Origin: Paludibacteraceae bacterium
GTDB lineage: Bacteria; Bacteroidota; Bacteroidia; Bacteroidales; Paludibacteraceae
Length of the DNA: 64,000 bases
Direction: 5' to 3'
NCBI GenBank assembly: GCA_017471285.1
Contig: JAFUUZ010000026.1
Coordinates: forward strand, 27-64,026
Part shown: positions 15,698 through 25,963 of the stretch, piece by piece
How the letters are laid out: every line of letters starts with the position of its first letter
Numbering within the stretch: position 1 is the first letter of the stretch
Translations under genes and position numbers: made by a program
The notes under the pieces: generated by a model
Databases searched by the model: none
Told to the model about the DNA's origin: nothing
What the model saw: only the letters and a program-made list of their open reading frames with translations

Positions 15698-16387
15698 ATG
15701 AGAAGCTCTTTTAATGCTTTCGGACAGAGCAAGAAGCTCTACGATGCCGGTAGCGTCCCCGTGTGGCTTGGGACTGTTACCGCAGTTCCCGTAGGTGGCA
15801 CGCTTCCTTCTGCCTTCGTGAAGAAGGACGCTCTCTACCCTGCGGGTACTCCTATCTGCCTGGACGGTAAGACTATCACTCCGCTCGTCGCGTTTGTGGT
15901 CGTCTCCTATACCGCCGCTACCACGGGCGACTACGACACTATTGTTATCAAGCCCTGCACCTACGGTGGCGTTGACTTCATCCCCGCCGTGAACGATATG
16001 TTGCAGAAGCTTGGCGCGAACTTCGCCGCCACCGGCAAGGCCGCAAAGGTCGTTGCCGTTACCGCTCTGACGGGTGACGACGCGGGCAAGTACGAGTTCA
16101 CCGTTGACAAGACCGCCAACCTCGGCAGTCTGAGCGCCAACGACATCCTCGTTTTCTCCGCTTCCGCTACCGCCGGCACGGGCAAGGCTATGGCGAATCA
16201 GCCCAACGCCTACCTCTACAACGACATTTTCATTGGCGACATTGACCCGTCCCTCGAAGGCGCGGGCGCAAGCGGTGCTGCCGTGAAGATGCACGCTGAG
16301 GGCATCCTTATCAACCGCACCCCTGCCGCCGACTTCAAGGCTGCAATGGCTGCTGCCGTTCCGGGTGTTGTGCAGGTCAACTACTAA
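15698..16387 (+). CDS. head decoration / auxiliary capsid protein (putative)
   Basis: 229 aa, Ala/Gly/Thr-rich, immediately upstream of the major capsid gene (lambda D-E type order). Confidence 0.5.
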   Translation: MRSSFNAFGQSKKLYDAGSVPVWLGTVTAVPVGGTLPSAFVKKDALYPAGTPICLDGKTITPLVAFVVVSYTAATTGDYDTIVIKPCTYGGVDFIPAVNDMLQKLGANFAATGKAAKVVAVTALTGDDAGKYEFTVDKTANLGSLSANDILVFSASATAGTGKAMANQPNAYLYNDIFIGDIDPSLEGAGASGAAVKMHAEGILINRTPAADFKAAMAAAVPGVVQVNY

Positions 16388-16405
16388 TCGAAGGAGGAAA
16401 AAGTT

Positions 16406-17593
16406 ATGAATACCAACACTCTCGAATTTTACGACCTCCTGGCCCGCGCCCTCGGCGGCAACGACGCAAAGCGTCTCCAGGGCTATCTTGACGAGGTTAT
16501 GGCCGTGAAGTACAACGGCCTCCAGCTCGACGGTTTCACCTTCAACCCCGATATGCAGCTTGACTTCACCTACGAGCAGTTGCAGAAGGAGGTTGGTCTG
16601 AATGTTATGGCTCAGTATGTGGACCTTGACAGTCCGGCCATTCCTCTCGGTGGCGAGGGATTCCAGCTCTCCACGGGCAAGATTCCTCGTATGAAGCTCG
16701 TCGAATACTTCAACGAGGACAAGGTGCGCAAGCAGCTTATTATGGAGCAGCGCTTCGGCGGCTCTTCCGACCGGGTTATCAACTCCGCGAAGGACAAGCT
16801 CTTCGTCACCCTTGACAAGCTGATTGGCGGACACACCAACTCTCTGACCTATCAGCGCCACCAGGTCGTCTCTCGTGGTAAGTTCACCCTTACCGACACC
16901 AACAACCCGAACGGTATCATCAATCAGACCTTCGCCGCCCACATCCCCACCGCGAATGTGACGAATCTGAGCGGCACGGCCCGTTGGTGGACCTCCGTCA
17001 GCGACGGTGTTTACTCCGTCGAAGGCTCTGCTTGCGACCCTATCAAGGACCTCAAAGCCATTGTGCGTAAGGCCAAAGACAAGGGCGTGAAGGGTCACTT
17101 CGAGCTGGACGAGGCATACGCTGAGCAGGTCGTGGACCACTCCAAGATTAAGAGCGCTATCGCTTCCCGTCTGTACCCTCTCGCTTCCGGCGATGCCCTC
17201 ATCGCCGCTATCGCCGCCGTTGCCAATATGGACCGCGACGACAAGCTGCGCGAACTCGGCAAGATTGTCGGCGCTCCCTTCAAGACGATTGATTCTATCG
17301 TCTCTGTGGAGAAGTGGGACAACACCTACAAGAAGCTCGTGCGCCCGACCTTCCGCGCCTTCGAGGACAATGTTCTCGTGTTCGTGCCGGATGGCTCTCT
17401 CGGCGAGGTGCTGACTGTTGAGCCTATCTCCGTCGGCGGTACTGTCGGCTCTTTCTACGGCGGTCGCCTTCTCGTGACTGTCGGTGTGGACTATGTGAAG
17501 AAGTGTCAGTCCTACAACACGGAAATGACCTCTCTCGTCGTCCCGGACAAGCCGCAGTATATGTACTACATCCACCCTTACGCCAACGCCTAA
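16406..17593 (+). CDS. major capsid protein
   Basis: 395 aa with GGAGGA 8 nt upstream of the ATG. Position follows the scaffold and decoration genes. The antisense 631-aa ORF is treated as a shadow. Confidence 0.75.
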   Translation: MNTNTLEFYDLLARALGGNDAKRLQGYLDEVMAVKYNGLQLDGFTFNPDMQLDFTYEQLQKEVGLNVMAQYVDLDSPAIPLGGEGFQLSTGKIPRMKLVEYFNEDKVRKQLIMEQRFGGSSDRVINSAKDKLFVTLDKLIGGHTNSLTYQRHQVVSRGKFTLTDTNNPNGIINQTFAAHIPTANVTNLSGTARWWTSVSDGVYSVEGSACDPIKDLKAIVRKAKDKGVKGHFELDEAYAEQVVDHSKIKSAIASRLYPLASGDALIAAIAAVANMDRDDKLRELGKIVGAPFKTIDSIVSVEKWDNTYKKLVRPTFRAFEDNVLVFVPDGSLGEVLTVEPISVGGTVGSFYGGRLLVTVGVDYVKKCQSYNTEMTSLVVPDKPQYMYYIHPYANA

Positions 17594-17628
17594 GAGTGGA
17601 AAACGATAACCGATAACGCAGGAAGAAT

Positions 17629-17988
17629 ATGAGCGCGACCTACACTTTCGAGGAATGGCTTGTGGGAATGGTTGATTTCAATGTTCCCGATGCCACGATT
17701 AAGGCAATCCTCTACAACAACGGCGTGACCGCCGGCTCTGCCGTGAGCGGCGCTACGGAGAAGCAGAAGGACCTCTGCCTTGCGGACCTCTATATGTGGT
17801 TAGCGGCATCTTCTTCCGCTACATCGGGGGAATATGTCTCTGACGGTGGTTGGCAGCATCAGAAATCCAACAAGGTCGTAGTGGACCGTTCCGGCCTCCG
17901 CGAGAGGGCGAAGCAACTCTACGCCAAGTGGGACGACGAGCGTGCCAACTCCGTCGGAAACAAAATCACCGTGAAAGACCTCTACTGA
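17629..17988 (+). CDS. head-tail connector module protein (hypothetical, 119 aa)
   Basis: Track ORF, called from position only. Confidence 0.55.
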   Translation: MSATYTFEEWLVGMVDFNVPDATIKAILYNNGVTAGSAVSGATEKQKDLCLADLYMWLAASSSATSGEYVSDGGWQHQKSNKVVVDRSGLRERAKQLYAKWDDERANSVGNKITVKDLY

Positions 17989-18395
17989 TGTTTAACCCGC
18001 GATTCCCACATACGCTGACTGTGAAACGGCCTCGCAAGGATTCCTCCGGCGAGCCGGTTTGCGACGCTAATGGCGACCACATCTACGATGTCGTGACCCT
18101 CACTTGCGTAGAAATGCGCGACCACGAGCCGGTCCGTGATGCCAACGGCGCTTTCGTGACCTTCGAGGCACAGTCTGTCAGCTTCGGGTATCGTACCTCG
18201 TCGAAGGACACTCTGACCGCCGGCGATGTGATAGTCTCCGACTTCCGCATTGCTTGCCCGATGTTCCTTACCGAGATACGGGCGGACGACATTCTGTTCC
18301 TTACGGACTATGAGAGGTCCTATCGCGGCAAGGTGGTTAAGAAAACGACCTTCAACTTGGGTACGAGCATTTGGTTTGACGAGGTGCGCAACTAA
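17988..18395 (+). CDS. head-tail joining protein (putative, 135 aa)
   Basis: ATG 17988 overlaps the preceding stop (TGATG). Trimmed from track ORF 17850..18395. Called from position. Confidence 0.5.
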   Translation: MFNPRFPHTLTVKRPRKDSSGEPVCDANGDHIYDVVTLTCVEMRDHEPVRDANGAFVTFEAQSVSFGYRTSSKDTLTAGDVIVSDFRIACPMFLTEIRADDILFLTDYERSYRGKVVKKTTFNLGTSIWFDEVRN

Positions 18396-18829
18396 TGGAT
18401 TACCAAAGTCGCAACGATGCCCGCATTGAGAAGGGGTTTGCGAAGATTCTCCGCAAGAAGGACGAGCAGACCAAGAAGGCAATGGTGAAGTGTATGAAGA
18501 AGGCGTATGAGTACGCGATGAATCTTCACGAACACACGCATCATAACCTTCACCTCATAATGGGCGGAGATTACGGTTGGGCCTTAGTCCACAACGGAGT
18601 AATCGAAGAGAAGTTTCTGAGTACGGGCAAGAACGATAGGGGTACGGCTGATGCCAAACTCGAATCGCTTGCCTTGAAGGTTGGAAATAAGGGTTGGGTA
18701 GGGATTCTAATGGCAGGAATGGAGGCCGGGAACTACCACACGAACTTTGAACGGGGAGTGTTGAGGGCCGACGCTGAAATGACTGCTACCGAGTTCCAAA
18801 AGCATTTCAAGAAGTTTAAGCTTGTATGA
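18395..18829 (+). CDS. hypothetical head-tail module protein (144 aa)
   Basis: Track ORF, overlap-coupled to its neighbours. Confidence 0.55.
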   Translation: MDYQSRNDARIEKGFAKILRKKDEQTKKAMVKCMKKAYEYAMNLHEHTHHNLHLIMGGDYGWALVHNGVIEEKFLSTGKNDRGTADAKLESLALKVGNKGWVGILMAGMEAGNYHTNFERGVLRADAEMTATEFQKHFKKFKLV

Positions 18830-19242
18830 ACAACTTTGACATAACTACGCTTGAAGAGGCTTTGAAATCCATACTGACGACGGGAGCAGTTTCGACGACA
18901 GTATGGAACAACCGCCCCAAGACCGTGGATTCGACGAAGAATGATTTTGTCGTCGCCTCGGTACAGAGCAATATGGAGGATATGGATGCCTATGGCGACA
19001 CCTTCGTGAATATCGCTCTGTTTGCGAAGGACGGTAGCGGCTTCAAGAACAAGACAAAGTTGAGCCTTATGTACGGCAAACTTCTGAACTGTATGCCCGC
19101 AGCCTACGAGGTCACGAATCAAGGCGTAACGGTTGCCGCCTATGAATTTGACACGAATCCGACCATATTCCCCGATGTCGCGGACGACTACGGCTATCAT
19201 TGTAGAATCATACAATTTCGTGTAACTCAAAAAATAATATAA
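18826..19242 (+). CDS. hypothetical tail-completion module protein (138 aa)
   Basis: Track ORF, overlap-coupled to its neighbours. Confidence 0.55.
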   Translation: MNNFDITTLEEALKSILTTGAVSTTVWNNRPKTVDSTKNDFVVASVQSNMEDMDAYGDTFVNIALFAKDGSGFKNKTKLSLMYGKLLNCMPAAYEVTNQGVTVAAYEFDTNPTIFPDVADDYGYHCRIIQFRVTQKII

Positions 19243-19248
19243 CGCGCT

Positions 19249-19821
19249 ATGGCTACACTTACCAAAGCTATGCTGGCCGACCTTATGAAAGGTAACGCAG
19301 CGATTTCGATGCTGGCTTGCCCTGCCAACGGCCAGGTTACTCTCGCTAGCCTGGACTTCTCTGGCGCAGACCAGATTTTCTCTATCAAGGACAGTCTCAC
19401 GATTGCTCCCTCCGACCCGACTATCACCAACATTCAGATAGACCAGCTCAATGAAATCATTGACACGGACATCGAGGACGGTGATTATGTCATCAACGCG
19501 AACATCCCCTCTATCGCCCAGGCCGTGCTTGACTACTTCTACAACGCGGGTGCTACCGTGTCGTCTATGAAGGGTCAGACCGCTACCGACCTCTACGACG
19601 GTAAGGGCTACCTTGACCGCAAGGAAGTGTGGGTGTCCGTGCTGATTGAGAGCGCGAGCAAGCAGACCGCCGTGTGCTTCGCCCGTGTGAAGGTTATCGT
19701 CAACCCTCCCGCACGCGACGACAACTCCAACCCGGTTTACCTCAAATTCGCCGGCTACATCAACGCCAACCTCAAAGCGAATGAGGGCAACTTCGTTGTG
19801 TTGAAGAAGCACACCGTTTAG
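19249..19821 (+). CDS. major tail (tube) protein (putative)
   Basis: 190 aa, last gene before the chaperone pair and tape measure, followed by a strong hairpin. Confidence 0.6.
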   Translation: MATLTKAMLADLMKGNAAISMLACPANGQVTLASLDFSGADQIFSIKDSLTIAPSDPTITNIQIDQLNEIIDTDIEDGDYVINANIPSIAQAVLDYFYNAGATVSSMKGQTATDLYDGKGYLDRKEVWVSVLIESASKQTAVCFARVKVIVNPPARDDNSNPVYLKFAGYINANLKANEGNFVVLKKHTV

Positions 19822-19855
19822 TAGGCTAAAACCTATCCTTTCCTAAATCTCACCG

Positions 19856-19879
19856 GGGGCGGGCCGCAACGCCCGTCCC
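19856..19879 (+). terminator. hairpin terminator/attenuator after the tail tube gene
   Basis: 9-bp stem GGGGCGGGC/GCCCGTCCC (one G-T pair), 6-nt loop, then TATTTCTTT. Confidence 0.55.
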
Positions 19880-19897
19880 TATTTCTTTAAGAAGCTT

Positions 19898-20443
19898 ATG
19901 AAACAACCAATCAGCGACGCAAGGAGGGAGTACACGGACATCGTGAATGACATCCCCACGACAGTTGCAATACCAGGTACAAAGAAGTCCGTCAAGGTGA
20001 CGGGAATGAAGCCCTACACGATAGAGCGATTGACTGAGTTATGGTGTTCCCGCGATATGACTATCAAGGAGGACAGTTCTGAAACTCTGCGCGACCTCTG
20101 CAAAGAGCCGTATTTTGCGGTGAAGGAGGCGTGCCTTTTCGTTCTGAACGGCTATTGGAGGATAAGGTTGCTTTTCCCTCTGATGTGGCGTATATGGGGC
20201 AAATTGAGGGGCTATACCGAGGCGCAGATGCTGCCTATCATAATGGAAGGTAAAAAAAAACTTCCGCTTACGGCACATTGGACCAATATGGCGTACTCGG
20301 TGGATATGAGGAACGATTGGATGAAGCTGACGAGCAAGGAAGCAGAGCAATACCGAGCCGAACTTCTCTCGGTTGCGAAGCGGCTTTCTGCGAAAAATTC
20401 CCACAGTACGGGGGAATCCGCCGCTTCTTCTTCGGCCTCATAG
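19898..20443 (+). CDS. tail assembly chaperone (G-like)
   Basis: 181 aa, directly upstream of the tape measure gene, overlapped by a -1 frame ORF. Confidence 0.6.
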   Translation: MKQPISDARREYTDIVNDIPTTVAIPGTKKSVKVTGMKPYTIERLTELWCSRDMTIKEDSSETLRDLCKEPYFAVKEACLFVLNGYWRIRLLFPLMWRIWGKLRGYTEAQMLPIIMEGKKKLPLTAHWTNMAYSVDMRNDWMKLTSKEAEQYRAELLSVAKRLSAKNSHSTGESAASSSAS

Positions 20444-20682
20444 AAGAGCGCAGTTGGGGATATAGGTGCGTGCTGACGCTCCCTCAGATAGAGATTATGC
20501 AGTCTGACTTGCCGCATACTCTCTACAAGAAACAGAAGGACAGAAAGAAGGTTGTTGTTGACGACGAGGCCGTGCGCTTGCAGGAAGAGGCCAATAAGAG
20601 AGCCGCCGAGCGTAGGGCCGCAAAGAACGGGCAGCAGACCTATACGATAGACGAGTTGTTTGCCGATGCTGCCGACGAGTAG
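20254..20682 (+). CDS. -1 frame extension of the tail chaperone (GT-like product, putative programmed frameshift)
   Basis: The -1 frame opens right after a TAA at 20251..20253 and runs to 20682. The A9 run at 20252..20260 (GGT AAA AAA AAA CTT in the zero frame) is a candidate slippery site. Confidence 0.4.
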   Translation, partial: KKTSAYGTLDQYGVLGGYEERLDEADEQGSRAIPSRTSLGCEAAFCEKFPQYGGIRRFFFGLIEERSWGYRCVLTLPQIEIMQSDLPHTLYKKQKDRKKVVVDDEAVRLQEEANKRAAERRAAKNGQQTYTIDELFADAADE

Positions 20683-20713
20683 TAGCACGGCATAATTTGT
20701 AAATACCGACCCT

Positions 20714-23700
20714 ATGGCAAAGATAGACGAGTTGAACTTTCAACTCATATTGGACGACAAGAAATTCAACAAGCAAGTCAAGTCTGACTTGAAGGCTGCG
20801 CAGGACCTCAACGCGCAGCTATCTACGCTTCTCAATGTCAAGTCTCGTATCACGGGCCTCACGAAGTCCGAATACGATTCTCTCAGCCGCGCCGAGAAGT
20901 TGGAGCATAAGCGCAGAATGGATATTGAGGCCGACGCAAAGGCGGTTGCCGCAAGGAAGCTTGACGAAGCAAGGGAGGTTGAGATTCTCCAACGCTCCAA
21001 CGGCCTCCACAAGACGCGCAACAGATTTCTGAGCGAGGCGGCAACATTGGCCGGCTCGTATATCTCCATTATGGGCGCGACGAAACTCGTCAGCAACCTT
21101 GTCCGGGTTTCCTCGGAGTTTGAGTTGCAGAGGACTACGCTTCGCGCTATCCTGCAAGATGTCAACGGTGCGGACCGCATCTTCGAGCAGATTAAATCCC
21201 TCGCCGTTGTATCGCCCTTCTCCTTCCGCGAGTTGGTGACATACACAAAGCAGTTGTCGGCCTACTCTGTGCCAATTGGCGAACTGTACGAGACCACGAA
21301 GATGCTCGCGGATGTGTCTGCGGGTCTTGGTGTCGGTATGGACCGCCTCGTGCTTGCATACGGCCAGGTCCGAAGCGCCGCATTCCTGCGCGGCCAGGAG
21401 GTCCGTCAGTTCACGGAGGCCGGCATTCCAATTCTTGACGAACTCGCGAAGCAGTTTGGCGAAATAGAAGGACGCTTGGTTTCCGTCGGCGAAGTCTTTG
21501 ACAAGATTTCCGCCCGACAAGTGCCGTTTGAAATGGTTGCGAAGGTCTTTGAGGATATGACCTCCGCCGGCGGCAAGTTCTATCAGATGCAGGAGATTCA
21601 AGCGGAGACCTTGAAGGGTAAGCTCTCCAACCTCACCGATGCCTACGAGATTATGTTCTCGGAGATTGGCGAGAAGATGTCTCCTGCGATGAAGGGCGCG
21701 GTGGATTGGCTGCGCTCCCTTGCCGAGAATTACGAGAGCATTGGGCGCACCATTCTCGAATTGGTTGTTACCTACGGCGTGTACAACGCTGCGCTCCTTG
21801 CTACCGAGGTAATTACAAAGTCCTTTACTCTCAGCAACCACAAGCTGCTTGATTCCCTCGTCTCCGTTGCCAAGAAGTTGAAGGGCGTTATCCTCAGCAA
21901 CCCGTATGCTCTTCTCGCCGCCGGCGCAACTGCCGCCGCCTACGCTATCTACAAGGTTATCCAGGCGTGGACCGAAGAGAGCGAAATGATGCGGCACTAT
22001 CAGCGCACCATTAAGGATATGGAGGCCGCGCAAGCATCCGAGATTGCTACGCTTGACACCCTCTACGCGAAGCTGAAACTCGCGAAGCAAGGCACGCAGG
22101 AGTACGACGATGCGCGGAACGCCATTCTCAGCAAGTATAGCGACCACATTGAGAATCTGCGTCGTGAAGGCGTTGAGGTGAGCAACCTTGCGAATATCTA
22201 TTCCAACCTCCGTACCGAGGTCTTGGCGGCTGCGCAGGAGCGCTTTATGACGACTGCTATGGAGAATGCGGACGAGGACTTCGCCAAGAAAACCGAGGAC
22301 CTCTATAAGCGTTTTAGCGCCGCTTTCGAGAAGGGGTGGAAGGGAACGGTAGGAGGCCCGAAGGGAATAAAGAACGCCACCGCCTTGCAGAAAGAGGCGA
22401 TTTGGCAATGGATTACCGGCGTGAAGAAGTCCGACGAGGTGCGAAATCTTCTTCCTGCCGGCTGGCTTGGATTCTTCGATTGGATTCGCAAGGACTTCTC
22501 TGCTGCGTCAAAGGAATATTCTCAGATTGTTTCCGATGTGACTGCGGCTCACCGTCAGTTGAGCGGTGAGATTAAAAAATCAACCGACCTTCCGAAGTTT
22601 GTTGACATCGTGCAGGGCATCCTCGGACCGAAGGATAAAAACTCTTTCAAGGGTATTTGGGCTGACGAGTACACGCAGTACAACGACTACCTTGAAACCC
22701 TCAAAAAGCGCTACTCCGAGCTGGGGCAGCAGATTCAGTTGGCGGGCAACGCCCAAGCCGACTATGTGCAGGGCTACAAGAACGAAATGGATGTCATACG
22801 GCGCATCGCGAAGGCTCTTGACCTCCCGACCTCCACAAATGTCTATGACTATGTGACGGGCAAGAGCGAATCTCACGGCGGTGGCCGCACGGAAAAGTCG
22901 CCGGAGCAGATTCGTATTGAACGGCAGATTGAACTTGTCAAGCAGCTTCGTGAAGCCTACGAGCAGCTTTCTCCGTACATCAGCGACGAGCGTATGGCCG
23001 GCACGCTGAGCAACATCTTCTCGGAATCCATTAACGACGAGGCGGAGCAGAACATAGTCAATGCAATGCACTACGAAGAGAAGCTTGTAAAACTCGCAAA
23101 GGAACTCGCAAAGTACGACCCCGAAGCGTCGGCGCGTCTTATGCTTTCTATTGGTGCTGACGGTGCTAAGGACCTCGTGACTGAATACAAGAACGCCTAC
23201 GACCAAATGAAGGCGTATGCGGACTTTATGAACGCTTGGAAGGCGAAGGATTTTGAGGTGGAGGGTAGTGGAATCCTCGTTGACTTGTCGAAGGTTGCAT
23301 CCGACCTCAATACCAAGCTGAACGATATAGAGAGCCGCAGTCAAAAGGCGAAAGAGCTTTTGAAGAAGGCGCAAGCCGGCGACAAGGATGCTATTGAGAG
23401 CGTGAAGGAAACCTACGGTCAGCAGTTTTGGGATGATTTCGTCGTCCGTGGAGAAGCCGCTATTGACGAGCTGGCTGACAAGGAGCGTGCCGCCGCTCGC
23501 ACCATATCGCAAGAGAAGGTTAACGACCTCGCGAAAAAGTATGTCTCTGAGGGCTACTTCCTCAATAACATTGACCTCAAAGAGTTTGGCGACAAGACAA
23601 TCTTCCAATTGGATAAGATGCGTCAGCGCCTCCAAGCCTTCCTTGATAAAGAGCCTCTGACGATTAGCGCCGACTTCCAGGCAATAGTGAACGGTGCGGG

Positions 23701-25390
23701 CATTGACACAACGAAGCTCTACGCCACGAACACCAACGGTGCGGTTACGAGCGATGTAGATATTGATGCCTTCGTGGATTCTCTGACCGAGGCTCAGAAG
23801 CAGGAGTTTGAGACAGAGATTGCCACGCTTCGGCTGATGAAGGCGACACAAAAGGCCGGCATCGGTTTCGACGACCTCTCGGAAGCTATCAAGAAGGTAG
23901 TGAGTGGAGACCTCGCAAATCTCACCGAAGAGGAAGGCAAGGCCGCTATGTCTCTTATCAAGGAGTACATTGGCGACTTTAAGCAACTCTTCTCTGCGAT
24001 TGACGAGTATGCCGCCGAAGCTGGTAACAACGGCCTCTCTGCTCTTGCGAATGGCTTTACCGAGGTAATGGATGTGCTGATGCCGATTGCCGAGCGTATG
24101 ATGCAAGGCGATTGGATTGGCGCAATTATCTCCGGCGTAACCTCCCTTGCAACCAAGATATTTCAAGCTGCCACGGCGCAGCAGAAACTCGCCAATGCCA
24201 TTGAAGAGGCTGCGGCCAACCAGCGCGTACTCAACGCTGAAATGGCAATCTCTATGGGTGTTGACGGAGTGTTTGGCAAGGACCAATATCGCGAACTTAT
24301 CAACGCCTACGACCAGGCCGCAGATGCCTACAAGGTTTGCGCGAGCGACATTGCTGAGGCCACGAAAAAACTCGGCGGCGGCGGCGGCAACGACAGTAAC
24401 GGTTTGGCTACGGGTATCGGCGTTGCGGCCGGCGCGGGCCTCGGCGCTGCTATCGGCGTGTGGTTTTTCGGTGTCGGCGCTCTCATTGGAGCGGCTATCG
24501 GCGCTGCGGTTGGCCTGGTGGCCGGCGCGACCATTGATATTGTCAACGAGGTTGACAACTACACGCTGACATTGCAGGAAATGGCCGACAAGATTGGCGC
24601 TCCACTTCTGACCGAGGACGGAGTGTTCAATAAGGAGACCTTGCAGAAGATTCTTGATACCTACACGGACCTCAACCAAGAGAGCGTTGCCTTCATCAAG
24701 AATCTCATTGCCAATGTGGAGATTTTCGAGAAGTCTTGCGATGCCGTAGCGGAGACAATGACCGACATCTTCGGCGATGTGGCTGAGAGCGTGGCCGATG
24801 CCTTCATTACCGCATTCAAGGAATCCGGCGAGGCTGCTCTTGACTATGCCGACATCATTGACAACCTCGCTACATCCATTGTGAGAATGGTGATGAAGTC
24901 CGCTCTGTTGCAGACTATCTTCGACGAGGATAAGGCGAAGGAGGTGGCCCGCAAGCTTGTCTCCGGCGACCTCACGGGCGCTATCGGTGCAGTTGACGAG
25001 GCTATGCAGGAGGCTCAGTCTCTCGCTCCCGTGTTCCAGGAGTGGCTTGAATCTATGCAGGGCTACTTCAAAATGGGTAGCGGTGAAAGTGGCGCTTCTC
25101 TGACCGAGGGTATGCAAGCGCTGACGGAAAGCACGGGCGACCTCTTGGCCTCCTACCTCAACGCTATCCGCGCCGATGTCTCCTACTCCAAGTCTCAGCG
25201 TGACACAATCATTGGTGTTGTCAACAGAATCGCATCCTTGCTGCCTTCCACTCCGAAGCTTGGCGACTATCTCGCGAAGATTCAAGCCAACACCTTTGAC
25301 ACGGCGCAAGCCACGCAAGACATCCTTTCGGAACTGAGGTCTGTAATGACGAACGACGGTGGAATGACTGCGATACGGGCCTATATGTAA
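20714..25390 (+). CDS. tail tape measure protein
   Basis: 1558 aa, helical and Ala/Glu/Lys-rich. Gly/Ala-rich TM-like segment GIGVAAGAGLGAAIGVWFFGVGALIGAAIGAAVGLVAG. Position follows the chaperones. Confidence 0.9.
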   Translation: MAKIDELNFQLILDDKKFNKQVKSDLKAAQDLNAQLSTLLNVKSRITGLTKSEYDSLSRAEKLEHKRRMDIEADAKAVAARKLDEAREVEILQRSNGLHKTRNRFLSEAATLAGSYISIMGATKLVSNLVRVSSEFELQRTTLRAILQDVNGADRIFEQIKSLAVVSPFSFRELVTYTKQLSAYSVPIGELYETTKMLADVSAGLGVGMDRLVLAYGQVRSAAFLRGQEVRQFTEAGIPILDELAKQFGEIEGRLVSVGEVFDKISARQVPFEMVAKVFEDMTSAGGKFYQMQEIQAETLKGKLSNLTDAYEIMFSEIGEKMSPAMKGAVDWLRSLAENYESIGRTILELVVTYGVYNAALLATEVITKSFTLSNHKLLDSLVSVAKKLKGVILSNPYALLAAGATAAAYAIYKVIQAWTEESEMMRHYQRTIKDMEAAQASEIATLDTLYAKLKLAKQGTQEYDDARNAILSKYSDHIENLRREGVEVSNLANIYSNLRTEVLAAAQERFMTTAMENADEDFAKKTEDLYKRFSAAFEKGWKGTVGGPKGIKNATALQKEAIWQWITGVKKSDEVRNLLPAGWLGFFDWIRKDFSAASKEYSQIVSDVTAAHRQLSGEIKKSTDLPKFVDIVQGILGPKDKNSFKGIWADEYTQYNDYLETLKKRYSELGQQIQLAGNAQADYVQGYKNEMDVIRRIAKALDLPTSTNVYDYVTGKSESHGGGRTEKSPEQIRIERQIELVKQLREAYEQLSPYISDERMAGTLSNIFSESINDEAEQNIVNAMHYEEKLVKLAKELAKYDPEASARLMLSIGADGAKDLVTEYKNAYDQMKAYADFMNAWKAKDFEVEGSGILVDLSKVASDLNTKLNDIESRSQKAKELLKKAQAGDKDAIESVKETYGQQFWDDFVVRGEAAIDELADKERAAARTISQEKVNDLAKKYVSEGYFLNNIDLKEFGDKTIFQLDKMRQRLQAFLDKEPLTISADFQAIVNGAGIDTTKLYATNTNGAVTSDVDIDAFVDSLTEAQKQEFETEIATLRLMKATQKAGIGFDDLSEAIKKVVSGDLANLTEEEGKAAMSLIKEYIGDFKQLFSAIDEYAAEAGNNGLSALANGFTEVMDVLMPIAERMMQGDWIGAIISGVTSLATKIFQAATAQQKLANAIEEAAANQRVLNAEMAISMGVDGVFGKDQYRELINAYDQAADAYKVCASDIAEATKKLGGGGGNDSNGLATGIGVAAGAGLGAAIGVWFFGVGALIGAAIGAAVGLVAGATIDIVNEVDNYTLTLQEMADKIGAPLLTEDGVFNKETLQKILDTYTDLNQESVAFIKNLIANVEIFEKSCDAVAETMTDIFGDVAESVADAFITAFKESGEAALDYADIIDNLATSIVRMVMKSALLQTIFDEDKAKEVARKLVSGDLTGAIGAVDEAMQEAQSLAPVFQEWLESMQGYFKMGSGESGASLTEGMQALTESTGDLLASYLNAIRADVSYSKSQRDTIIGVVNRIASLLPSTPKLGDYLAKIQANTFDTAQATQDILSELRSVMTNDGGMTAIRAYM

Positions 25391-25431
25391 TAAACTGAAA
25401 CCAATATTGCAATTTATCACACAAGATACCC

Positions 25432-25439
25432 TACTTTTG
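25432..25439 (+). promoter_or_regulatory. TActTTTG box 5 nt before ATG 25444
   Basis: Exact TAnnTTTG, but so close to the ATG that it would imply a leaderless mRNA. May be coincidental. Confidence 0.3.
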
Positions 25440-25443
25440 CACT

Positions 25444-25962
25444 ATGGCGTACATACCGAATATTTCTAACTACAAGCCGTTTTACATCCAAACGGCTTCT
25501 GACAATTCCGCGATAGACACGCTGACCTGGGGTATGGTGGCGAAGTCCAACCCGTACCTGGCGCTCCCGAAGCCCAAGACCCCGTACAAGAACGAATGGA
25601 AGGACGAGAACGGGGACGACGAATACACGACGCAGATGTTCTACGAGGCGGACGAGTTTACGGTCTCCTTCTATATGAAGGCGTTTGATACGGTCTCTTC
25701 CGGCGTTGTCACCAAGCCGGCGGTCGCCGCGCTTCGCGAGCAGCTTGATACCTTCTTCAACAAGGTCAAGAACGGCAGCTTCAAGGTCTATGATTCCTAC
25801 ACGGGTCTTGGCCGCAAGGATGTCCGCTATGCCGGATTCAAGGAGGATTCCTTCAAGGCTCGCGGAAATTGGGCGCGAATCATCTTCTCGGTAACTTTCA
25901 AAATGAACGACCCCATTACTCGCGTGATATATTCGAGCGGGGTCTTGACGGAGGTCTCGTAA
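25444..25962 (+). CDS. distal tail protein-like (172 aa)
   Basis: Lies between the tape measure and the giant fibre gene. Called from synteny only. Confidence 0.5.
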   Translation: MAYIPNISNYKPFYIQTASDNSAIDTLTWGMVAKSNPYLALPKPKTPYKNEWKDENGDDEYTTQMFYEADEFTVSFYMKAFDTVSSGVVTKPAVAALREQLDTFFNKVKNGSFKVYDSYTGLGRKDVRYAGFKEDSFKARGNWARIIFSVTFKMNDPITRVIYSSGVLTEVS

Positions 25963-25963
25963 T

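Noticed and set aside
15680-17575. 631-aa ORF on the - strand opposite the decoration and major capsid genes. Similar long antisense ORFs lie at 20819-22408, 22580-25420, 25916-28078, 28103-29005, 30146-31711, 33536-34486 and 35811-36968.
   Set aside because: All lie antisense to well-supported structural or DGR genes. Their compositions are low-complexity and Arg/Gly/Val/His-rich, typical of shadow frames in GC-rich coding DNA, and they break the operon logic.
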